Source: Bugula neritina (Eukaryota; Animalia; Bryozoa). From it: a stretch of 64,000 nucleotides of DNA. Shown piece after piece: positions 1 to 12,500 of the stretch (position 1 is its first letter; each line of letters opens with the position of its first letter). The notes under the pieces are model-generated. The model was not told where the DNA came from. It worked only from the letters and a program-made list of their open reading frames with translations, and ran no database searches. The position numbers and the translations under genes were made by a program. The DNA is taken from assembly GCA_964035545.1 (NCBI GenBank), contig OZ037765.1, positions 23,931,504 to 23,995,503 of the forward strand, in the 5' to 3' direction.

Positions 1-3000
1 TCTTGTTCGTTGGCATCAGTCATCTCACCAATAACCTAAAAGTTCAATAAAATAAAACTTAATACAATTGATAATGTTTAAAGGTTAAAGGGTAGTCAGC
101 TAATGTTGACAAAATGACTGAATGATGTTAGTACAAGGTGCTGCCTACCTTTGCCCTCTTACTGTTCCAGTCACTCTTGAGCTGACTCATCTGCTTTTGC
201 TGCTTCTGCTCCATTGCTCTCTGAATTGAACTCTCACTGACCTCCATATCTGCCAAAGCTGTGGTCTTAACATCGGGAGTTATTATACCCTTTGCTTCCA
301 TCTCATCCTATTCGTATTAAACATGACATAAAAACTCTATACTCTGTATACATGAACATAAAAACTCTATCTCTGTATACAAGCAAGTATGGTAGAGTGC
401 CAAATAGTGTTATAACTACATACCAACTGAGCTCGCACATTCTCAGACAGCTTAGCCTTCTGTTCCTGACTTTGAGCTTTATGAATCCTTCCAAATTCTA
501 GCTGCTCGTCAGCTGATTGCTCATTGAGAACCTTTTCAAGCTCTGCTGAATGACGGCATACTTTATCTTCAGCTGTGTTGGCAACTGCACAGAGTATGAT
601 AAAATATTACATCACAGTAAACGATGTTGATAGTTCAATTATTAAAATAAAGGAAAGCTACTTTTCAACCAATCTGATTAATTGCGAAGAAAACCTTCTA
701 AAATGTTAGAATAAAATTTCAATTTTCCTTTCCTTCTCTTTTCACTAGAAAAAAGTTTTCAACATTCAATATTTTATATAGATGATCTAATCAATTTGCA
801 TTGTTTTTGGGTAATAAAAATGCCAGTATATGCTAAATTAAGGGTGCATTAATATTGCATTTATTTAACAACTGCAGCTGAAATAGTCAATTAATTGAAA
901 ATATAATGTAAAACAATATCATTAAACGATCTTCATTAGGGTGAGACATTTAGATACTTGGGATTATTATACGAGGTAGTAAAAATACTTAGGATCCATT
1001 TTTATCAATGTCTTTTAATGGAGGAATTGTGAACTGATTATCCCATAATCAGCATATCTATTAACTAAAAGCATCCAGTAAACACAATAGACACCTAAGC
1101 AACTGAAACAGAAAACAAACTTACCAGTTGGGGGTGGAGGTAGACCAGCCTTAACGGATTCCTGTTCATGCTTTTCTCTTAAGCTTTGTTCTCTCTTAGC
1201 TCTACGTTCAGCTAACTTCTTTTCTAGATCAGTCAGCTGCCTCAACTTTGACATGTCAGCTCTGGCTAGTGCTGCTTGCAACTCTTTCTGGTGCTGATCA
1301 ATGATTTCCTTTGCTTGAGCATCAGTTAAATTGCCTGAGTAAATAATTAATGCAAGTAAAGTAGATGAAAAACAAATTTTGATAAAAAACAAGAAACTAT
1401 TTTTAAAAGGTAAAGCGGTTTTAACAGTAAAAAATCAGTATGCTATAACATCTTTTCTGTGGCAATAGCTTACAAATTTTGGTCATTAAAACAAACTACA
1501 AAAACAAACCAAAAATAAACAAACGAGAGTTCAGTTTCAAAGTTATGGGCTGTGCTGTGTACCTTGCAATTTTTCAGCCAATTGAGTTGCGGCATCATCC
1601 AGTATTTGCTGCCTCTCTGCATGAGTTGACTGTATTTTTGTAGCCAGAGCCTTGTCTTCCTGCTCCAACAACTCTCTCTCCAAACTCATTCTCTCCGAGT
1701 TCTGTTGACGCAGTAACTCGCTAGCTCCAGCAGATGCTAAGCAAATTATGGGAAAACATACCAGCTGTTCTACATTCCCTATGCTGTTTGACTTTAAGCA
1801 GTCCATAGCACGATACATGTTCAAGTAAAAACTTTATCCAAACCAAAAGACAAAATATGTAGTCATTTACATCAAATAACTACAATATGTGCAATTTAGA
1901 TATACACTTTGGAACTAACTATATGTGAAAGTCACTGTATAAAAACATACTCAGGCATACTGTTCGATTTTAATAAACTGCTATGTTGGTATTTGAAATA
2001 ATCAACAACAAATATTGGGTTATTTAATTACAACCTACGTGGAGGCGACACACTGAAAGACCTAAGTATACAGTACAACTGCCTACCCCCGTGGACAGTG
2101 TAAGTAGAGCTGCCGGCAGCCGACTGAGCAGACAGCAGTCCACTTGTCTGAGCTCTCTTCACCATCTCCTCGGTGATTGGAATGTTGCCAGAGTTGAGTT
2201 TGTCCAGAATGAGTCTCAGTGCATCCATTAGCTCCGACTCTCTGCTACCAGCACCTGGTGTATGACATATCATAGTCAGTATCGTAGTCGTAGTCAGTAT
2301 CATAGTCATAGTGAGTATCATAGTCATAGTGAGTATCATAGTCATAGTCAGTATCATAGTCAGTATCATAGTTATAGTCAGTGGAAGGATACTTATAGTC
2401 GATTGCTATACTTTGTCATTGTACATTAATAATTAAAGTTGCCAAGGACTTGATATCAAGCGAGTTATCAAAAGCTTGACGACATGCTGAGTGACTATAG
2501 ATATCAGTTGTGAAGCAGAAGTTTAGTTTGCAATATAAAAAATTGTATACTGAAGTATCATAAAATTACATGAATAGTTGCTCTTGCAATTAGCATTAAT
2601 AAAAGCAAAGTACCAGCTAGTCTGAAAGTTCGCCTGTTTCCAGCCCCAAGGTGAATGGTGGCATCAACAACAGTGTCGCCTTTCTCTACCCACGCTGACC
2701 CTTCTTGCTGTGCAATGCTTCTGCTTCTACTTGATTCTGCTTGGGCTGTGGACTGAGTGAACTCCGCTGGATTCACAGTGTCAAACAACTAAAACAAATT
2801 ATACAATATTTGTTATTTGTGTTTAAAAATTTGTTTCTATCATTTAGACTTGAAAGCAGTGGACTCTATGCTAATGATTTAGGTATTAAGAATGACCTTA
2901 CAGAGTGAATATTTAAATTAAAACACTAGCATGAAAGTCTAAATTTATTTTCTTCTTATAGCGTTAAAATTCATATTTGCCATATAATTACTACACTAAA

Positions 3001-3184
3001 AAAATCTATAGAAAATGCTTCACCTTTTTCAAGTCATCGTTTTGTTTACACATTTTCTCATAGAAACCTCTCATGTCTTCTTCGTGTTTGGCCAGCTGAG
3101 CAGCCAGGTGGAGGTTCTGATCTTCAAGCTTGTCATAGAGAACTCTGACATTGAAATTCTCTAATGTGGGATCTCCATTTGACA
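1..3184 (-). CDS. Cytoplasmic-tail exons (coiled-coil rich) of the giant gene
   Basis: Exons 3024-3184, 2614-2788, 2087-2254, 1563-1736, 1125-1334, 424-584, 149-307, 1-35 join in phase. They encode [24 protein letters not shown]..., [21 protein letters not shown]..., [28 protein letters not shown] and [23 protein letters not shown]-rich and almost Cys-free. Confidence 0.88.
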
Positions 3185-6100
3185 CTAAAATCAATTATTG
3201 AACCTTTCAGTAAATATGACAACAAAGAGCGCTGTGTAGTGTGTACAGTACAAAGCTACAAGTAGTACCACTTTTCTTATAATAACGCTAATCTATAAAA
3301 CAGAATAGACAGGATGTGTTGCAAATAGAAAAAGTTTAGAACATAAAAAATGGTTTATTGCATACCGGCCATAGTTCCATGATTAGAAGAGGTGTTAGCT
3401 ATAGCCTTTGGCCCACTGAAATCCTCATGGTGATAATGATCATCATCATAGAGTATATAGTTGGGTAGAGGTGGTGGAGCTCCGAGATTTCTGTATTTAG
3501 GCTTCCAGTGCTTCATAGGATAAATTCCGGCATTCTTAGGTCGCCATATGATGACTAAGACAACTAGTAAGAGTATCAGGAATGCAAATGCTCCGAGAAG
3601 ACCTGCAAATGTCGCACAACATGCAATGAACTGTGGATTTACTTGAAATAAACATGGAAAAACTAAAGCAGATAAGAAGCATTATTATGTTAATATAACT
3701 TGGATTGTATTGAGAGATTGACTAATAAAATATACTGGGTAGTGGAGCAGTGCAATATGCATTATCTTAAATGTAAAAAAGCTGAAAGATTTGCCTTCTT
3801 CTAGTGTTGCAGGATGAAATGAGTTACAAATATACAACATATTTATAATTTATGACATAATATTTACAGCGACAAGCTGTTATGACTTACAGGCAATGAG
3901 AATAAGGTCTGGCTCTTCGTTGGTGTCTGTCGACTGTTTGACAGAATTCTGGGAGAGAACAGCCGTGGTGGCTGGTTGAACTCTCGTCTTGCCGGCACCA
4001 CATGACTCACCGTCTCCCTTCACAGATACTATGACTTCCCTGTCACAGACATAACGGTAACACATTAGTTAATAAACATGCATAGGCGTATGTAGCATAG
4101 TTTAGGTGTTGTCAAAGTTTAGTAGACAAAGTGCTAGTCTAGTGCGACACACACTAGTGGTTTGAATCCCACATGGCACCATTGACTAGGTTAGAAAAGG
4201 TATGCAGTCAAAATTTCTCTTGTGCTACTACTTGCAAATGCCAAAATAAAAGAAGGTCATAGTCTTAAAAACTTCCCCCCTTAATGCCAGGTTCTCAAAA
4301 AAGATACAACTGCACACCAATGAGTATATAATAATAATAATAATAATTGATAACTCCAATTTGCTATGCAAGTAATTTATATGAAATTACCTTAAATATA
4401 TGCAATAATGTAAACAACAAATCAGTGCAACTATAATAACTACAAGTATCATGTGGCACTGAATTGGGTTGATTATAAAACACTAAATAAACATTTTTAA
4501 CATGATAGCAAGAGTTAACTTGACTTGATTGTGCAGGTAACTGTAGTTATGATAATGCTCGCTGTTTGGTATGATACTGCTACTACTGGGTATGACATAT
4601 ATGCAAAGTTTGCTCAAAATGAATTAGAATATTAACAATCCAGGGCCAAAGTATAAAACTGCAAATTAAGCATAAATTCTACTAAAAGCATAGCAAAGCC
4701 AGATGTGAAATAAGAAGGTATGAAAATTATGCCCAAAGTGCAACACTTTCACTACATGGAAAGAAATACAAAGCGCTGATGTTATAAGTATATATGAAGC
4801 ATATTATGCTATATAGCGTATATATAAAGTATGCTATATTTACCTTTCATAGTTACCACTAAAACAATAAACATCAACAAAATTATACATTTTAATTATA
4901 ACACCATAGCCCTGGAAAATGCAATATGAGCCTTATAGTATGCCATAAAATTCCTAGACTTTGCAGTTGTGCCTACATTAAACTTAGTCTAAGTATTTTA
5001 AACTGCTGGCTTCTATATAGATAAATTACCTGGCAGCGTCTTGGGCATCTACAAACACGTACACACCAGGATCTGTGAATACGTGTAGGAAAACTGAGAC
5101 GGAGATGTTGGTTTCCCTGACGTAGAACTGGAGTTGTCTGAACGCGCCATAGTCAAAGTCTGGATTACTATTATACAGATGATCCTTCACATAGACAGGG
5201 TAGTTGCTCAGGGTTCGATCCTCCTCGTTTATATATACTTTGAACGCTATGGTGTCATCTTGCTCCAGACATATCAGAGGATTTCTGATTTCATTAGCGG
5301 CGGCTGGTGAAGCTGTGGTGAGGTTAACAGCCAATAGGGATCTTCTGCGTCGTGCAGAAACAGACGGCTGAAGAGAGTTTAGTGGTGCTACAAAAAGATA
5401 GTAAATTATGTATGCAAACAGTTTTACTACGATTATAACAGAGCATCTACCAAGTAACTGCATCAGGCACTGTGTTGTTGTATATACACTGAATTGCTGT
5501 TTATCTGGAAAGTGAGACAATGAAATTAATTAGAGCAGTAATTTATTATGTATTATTATAGCATTGATTCAAAAGTTTAACAGTAATTTATCATGTGATG
5601 CTGTGAAAGATGGGTCAAAACACAGACATTTTTATCTGTATTATGTGAATTTTCAATGTACATCTTGTTGAATTGAACAAAAATTTTTTAATAAAAATAA
5701 CCAATAATAATAATAATAATACTTTAACTCATGAAATATGCAAATACATACATAATGGAGCTGCAGCATGACTAAATTCCAACACAACGTTTCCATCATA
5801 TATATAAACTTATATATCATATATATATAAACTTACTGAATAAAGTAAGTGCGTCATCAGCATCAGGGTAGATAACTCCAGTAACTCTGTCTGGCCAGAA
5901 ATTGAGTACCACAGTAGTGGCACTTTCACCAGGGTCTTTGTTTGGCCCCACAACTCCTTCTAATTTCTAAATTTGAAAAAATAGTATCATATCAGAATAG
6001 TAAAATATTAGTATAAACATGACATACGGTGTCGGTCTCTACTCTGATAGAGGCTTTTGGCTTCAATAAAAATGGATCAAGTATATTATTCCTATTATTT

Positions 6101-6476
6101 TATCTCATCGATAACTTTAGACAAAAATAAAGAATTTAAAATTCAAATATCAACTAGTATGTGTAACGGCTTCGAATTATAACAGATTCTTTGCCAAGCT
6201 ATTAACAAAAATAAAGCAAGCCTAAATTCAACATTTTAAAAGATACTATATTGCATCAATAAATAATAAAAGCTAGAACATATATGAGGAGATAACTTAC
6301 AATAGCTGTATTGTTGGAGGATGTTGGATCATCGATGACGATGCTTACACTACCGTCATCACCGACATCAACAGAGAGCGTGGGCTGAGTCTGCTGAATG
6401 CAGGTGAGATCACATATTTCTTCGGAAGTGACGTAGGCATTACACGAACACCTAGAAAGTTAATATGCAGCCGTAC

Positions 6477-6508
<32 letters not shown>

Positions 6509-9500
6509 GAGGGAAAATAATGCATTATTAATGGTATAAACAGAAAACATAGTTTGTCTATTTTAAGTAAAAAACTATTGTTAGTAAAGAAATAAAAGCT
6601 AAAAAGCTAGGGCACTTACTCCCTGTAGGCAGTGCAATGGTACTTTTTTAAATTTTCACAACACTTGACTACTGAACAAAAGTTAGTACTGAACCATCAT
6701 TCATATAACTAAAAACTGTGACACGCTTGAAATGTAATAATCCATACTTGTTGTATTTTATATGGAACATATTCTAAAACTGAATGTATCTATATTCTGT
6801 ATTTTTATAAAGTTCTAAAAATACAGTAAGAATACAGTATATTCACTAACTTTCCATCATTGACATTGAGTGAACCTCCTGACTCTCCACAAGCTGTAGT
6901 GCAGTCATACGTTGCTGGGTCAACACACTGGCGGTTAGACGCCAGCCTTGCTTTACCTAACGGACATCTCTCGTCCACTATTGGCTGACAGTCGAGGTTG
7001 GAGTTCCCAACCGAGTCTTCGTCATCGGCCGTATTATAGTAGACATAACCTACAGACACACAGACAGCCGTATTATAGTAGACATAACCTACAGACACAC
7101 AGACAGTTGTATTATAGTAGACATAACCTAGAGACACACAGACAGCCATATTATAGTAGACATAACCTACAGACACACAGACAGCCGTATTATAGTAGAC
7201 ATAACCTAGAGACACACAGACAGCCATATTATAGTAGACATAACCTAGAGACACACAGACAGCCGTATTATAGTAGACATAACCTAGAGACACACAGAAG
7301 GATATTCAGTAACATTTCATGTGTTGAACAACTTCCCAGAAAGACTGAGTTACTACCACTAAGCACAAGGATAATTACCAGCTTTACAAATGCAAGACCC
7401 GTCAGATGGTTGGAAAGCTCTCTCCTTGCCATCACATGTACAGACAGGAGATCCAGCTTCAGCAGATGAACTGCTACCACATGGTTTACATGCAATCTAG
7501 TAGATACAAAACATTATATTTGAATGTATATGTAGAAACTGATGAGCCAAATCAGATTAAAGTATCAGATTGACTAAATCAAGAACAAGAACAAGAACAA
7601 AGCAATGTTTTAGTAGCCTCTAACAGAATAATTGCAAGGTACTGCTATACATAACTACTGCACCTGTCCAATCAAATTGTTGTAAGTATTTTCCGGACAC
7701 AGAGCACAATCTTCAGATTTGGTTGCACGAATAACGTTTCCGTATGATCCTTGGGGACAAGGTATAGGGGAAGACGATTGCTCAGGACAATATGATCCAG
7801 TTGGACAAGGATAGTCATCACCATTACCAGTTCCTGTGAAAACATTCATACATGTACACTATAACATGCTAGAAAATACATGTAAACTATAACATGCTAG
7901 GAAATACATGTACACTATAACATGCTAGGAAATACATGTACACTATAACATACTACTAAATACATGTACACTATAACTTGCTAGGACAGAAATATGCAAG
8001 CAAGGCCTCCATAAACCAATAAAATATATGGATAGTGATTACTAACCAAGCTAGATAGGGCACTGTGTTTTAAAATACAATAGTTTAAAATGCAATGCCA
8101 TTCACAATAATTATAACATGCTCTAACAGCCATTACACCAAATCTGATGCTGAAAATGTTATAACACACCCAGCCACATACAAAAGTAATTTTGTTAAAG
8201 GAATACAATGCACAGTTGAGGTATGAATCATCACCGACCTTGAGGACAGTAGAAACCAGGTGGACAGATCTCACAAGCCAGCCGTTCAGTGTGGTTGCCA
8301 TAGAAACCGCTAGGGCATATCTGACAATTAGATGCTTCTTCTGTCCTCAAACCATCTTCAGCTACTGGATCTCTGGCTCTCGTACCCAAACTGCACTTCC
8401 GTTGAAAAGAGCTACCTGCAAGCACCAAAGCATCTAATAAGTATTTGAGCTTTGTTGATGCTGACTCTCAAACTTTACTCAAATATATAGAAATATCTAA
8501 TCAAATACACATGGAGCTTACCTTCAGGGCAGTAATATGGGTATTCGCATCTGGTCTCATTGTAAGACGCCGATGGACAGTAGTATCCAGCGCTACAGAT
8601 CGGTGGCTCTCCTGTGAGCACTGGGCAATAGTGACCGGCTCTGCAGGTGGCGGGCAGTGAAGCTCCCTAATACAAGTGACAACACATCATAAGCTACTGA
8701 GGCAGCAGCTCTCTACTGCGGCAGCAGTGTTAGTGATTACAAGCAATACAACTGCTAACTATACAGTGAGAACATGTGATATCATTTCCTGTAATACTGA
8801 GTTACATAATGCTATTTAGTTGTTATAAATCTCATTGAATGTAGCATATCAAGTAGTATATGAAGTATATCAAGTAGTATATGAAGTATATCAAGTATTA
8901 TATGAAGTATATAAAGCAACACAACTGTTGACTATACAGAGAAAACATGTGACAATATTTCCTGTGACAATGAGCTACATAACAACCACTATAACGCTAT
9001 TGAGTTGCTATATATTTCTTATATTGTTGAGATGCCACTACTTACGGGAGGACATTCGTAAGTCTGTTCACAAGGAATTCCAAACGCATTCTCTGTATCA
9101 TTAGGACAGTAGTACCCTGGCGGACACAAGTTACAGTCTGATTCTGATGCAGCTCCAGTTTCGTTCCTAAAAATTGAATAAAACATAATATTTAATAATT
9201 GTTTTATTTCAATATTTTTTCCTAATGTAAATTATTTGAAAAATTATGTTTCGCAAAATATTTCAATTTTTTTATCCAATTGCCATAAAAAAGTTCAATA
9301 ACATTAACTCGTGACTTGTCCAGTTTACAGTTATAATTAATAAAGAAAAGTAACTAAATCTAAGCTATGCATGTATATATATATAAATTATTTAGTAGCA
9401 TTTTTAAAATTATGAACAAGAAAAGTTACTAAAACATTTTTGACAGTTTTTAGTACATAGACTTACCTGGCTGTACCAGGTGGGCAGAGGGTTGGCTCAC

Positions 9501-12500
9501 TGCCAGAATCACAATAGTATGCTATTGGACACTCATACTGACTGTAGTCCTCCATACCAGTCTCCTTGCACCAGTACCCAGCAGGGCACGCAGTACAGTT
9601 ACCCACCTGCAATAGTGTAGTTACAAAGTAACAGCTTTCCTCTGCAGATGAAAAAGCGCCTGCTTTATATTGTAAGTTTTTACTAGATTTAGTGCAATCT
9701 GCTTGATGCTAAAGAGGTTATTATATAAACTATATGCATAATAGATGAGCACCAATACCTGTTCAGCTCCTACTGTGTCTCTATAATGCAGTCTGGGACA
9801 TGGCTGCATGCCGTAACCTGACTCATCATTGTTGGGACAGTAGTGACCCAAATGGCATGGGGTTGGCACAGGGTTGCCTTCTTCACAATGGTAGCCTGTT
9901 AACATACCATATTCTCTAAACTTACATGTCCCAACAAAACATTAATAAATGTCAAGCTTTTAAAGCATACATAGATTGTGTAAGGTATACGATATTGAAT
10001 TAGAGAGCAGCCTAGGGGTTAGAGCACTGGTTTAGTAAACATGAGGTCAGTGGTTCGAACCCCAGTGAAGATAATTGGTGATGTTAGGAAGAGCATTCGA
10101 TCATAGTTGCTTCTTTGTCACAATAGAAAACAAGTCCTTAACCCAATTAAAGAACCATTTCTATCAGGGGTTCTCAGAGAGATGACAACTATAAACCCAC
10201 CATAGTTTTATATGATATAGGATATACCTTGACGCAAGTTCTAGTGTCACTACTGTGTAAGATTCATAATCAACAGACATCTAATGAATAGTTGTCAGGG
10301 TAGATATAAGTATAGCAATTACCAGGTGGACAGGGCAGGCAAGCTGTGATGTTAGATCTCCCCTCTATTCTATTGAGAGTGTGTTCAGGACAAGCCTCTG
10401 GTAGTGTAGTACCAACAGCACAGAACGAGCCGGCAGGGCATGGACCTGCACAGGTGTCCGATGGGCACGTGCTGCCAGGATCTGGTGCATCTCCTGATGG
10501 TACGGGGCTGTCTGAGCCAGACAGACAGAAAAACCCGGCATTGCATACATCTGTCACCTCACCTTCCCTGTTGCATATTCATATACTTATCAACACTTTC
10601 ACATACAAAAATGAATGTTAGCTTACAAAATATCTGTGCTGATATATAACATCATGTGCTCTATATACAAACGTACAGGAAAATGACTGGATATGGTTAA
10701 CACAATATTTCAAGACAAAGTTCTATAATTGTAAACAAAAAAGGTTGGTTTGGAGAGTAAAAAGAAACTTGATGAATACACCAAATCTGCGCCACTTAAA
10801 TTTAATTATGTTCAAATAAGTGCACAACTCCTAACCCTTTTACAAATAGTATAATTTTTAGTACGTATGTACCCTTGTATACAGACCTGCAATATGATCC
10901 AGGAATACATGGCTTGCATTGTGACACAGACTCGTATCCTTCTGTGGTGTTAAGAGTGTACGTGCCATTTGGACAACGTGTTGGTGCATATGAGCCTTCT
11001 GGGCAATAATGGAATGGAGGACAGATGATAGGGTTGGCATCATCTGCACCGATTGGACAGTAATGACCCTTTTTACAAGGGAGACATTCTGATTGGCCAA
11101 TGTCTAACTGAGATTTGCCAGGCTCACATTTGTGTGGATTAGCAGTGCCTTCGGTGCAGAAGAATCCTAGATACAAACAGCAAACATGAATTTGACAATA
11201 CATACTAGTAATTTTAACTAAGACATATATTTTCAAAAGTTACGATAACATATTTGTTCAAAGATAACGCTATGAAAATTGTTCTCATTTATATACAAAA
11301 GTTAGAAACCTGAAGGACAGAGAAGCCCATTGGGTCTTGGGTCGGATATGGTAAAGTTAGATGGGCAGTAGTATCCTGCAGCACATAGTCCTGTGGGTTT
11401 GCTCAGTCCTTCATTGAGACAGTAGTAACCGCCCAGACAGGGGGAACAGTCATCCTCTGACTCACCACCTGTTCAGAGTGTCATGTGATAAGTTTTCTGA
11501 TATGTTAACAAATAAATGAGAGTATTACAAGAAATAATTGACAGTTGAAAGGTTGAAAAATTTAATTTCCTTCAAGTGAAGTAAATATTAATTTGATAGA
11601 CGTGTTAAAGTAATATAATTCTATAAGTACCAGTAGTGTTTCTGAATGTGCCGACTGGACAAAGTACAGGTGATGAAGTGCCAATAGGACAGTATTTGCC
11701 AGCTTCACAGGGTCCATTTCTCAGATAGATTCCAATTGGTGCAGGATTGGGGCGGTCAGCATACCCTTCACAGTAGAAGCCGGCATCACAGGGACCTGAA
11801 ACAAAATAAGTAGAAGTTATTGAATAAATTTAAAATGAGTTAGCACAAATGACAGTGTTTGTTTTTAAATTTACAAATGGTAAGGTTTCTCAAAACTTGT
11901 TCCAAACAGTGAACAATAAACCAAAAAAATCAGTTGCAAGTTGTCTACTACTTTATAATTATTCTTAGCCAAATAATCTATCTTTAACAAGTATAGGTAA
12001 GAAAGTACAAACACAGTTACCTGTAGGAATGATGTTAGCGATGCCTTCACAGTATAGCCCAGGAGAACAATGGCTGCACTGAGTTTCTAATGCTAGTCCT
12101 GTGATGTTATTGTAGGTACCTGCTGGACATCCTATTGGGTCTAGACCTTCCTCGCAGTAATATCCTACAAATATACTAAGCTATTGAAATAATACAGTAC
12201 TTCTTCCTACATATTTTCTATAATAATATTTTTAAACCACACTTTAGTAGCAACGATAAGTATAAAAATCTACAAAATGCACATTATAACTAACTCAATA
12301 ATTGTGCAAATTTAGACTTTTAAAACTAAACGTTTAAAATATTAAGGATAATAGCCAAATAATAATAAAATTTTAAAAAACATTATAATCAAACATATTA
12401 ACGAAATAATGTGAAATTTTCTACATTCAAAAATAAATCAAAGTTTATTTTCACAACTATTGTTTAAAATTTATGTCATTAGAAGTCTGATTAAATGCTA

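Noticed and set aside
7028-7298. CRISPR-like array
   Set aside because: Units are contiguous with no unique spacers, the context is a eukaryotic spliced gene, and there are no cas genes.
6948-7469. 173-aa + strand ORF with [13 protein letters not shown] repeats
   Set aside because: Antisense reading of the 39-bp repeat and flanking exons; stop-free simply because of the repeat unit.
10003-10070. Functional tRNA-Thr gene(s) at the SINE heads
   Set aside because: Acceptor and anticodon stems do not pair properly, and each head continues into a shared non-tRNA body and tail, i.e. a SINE.
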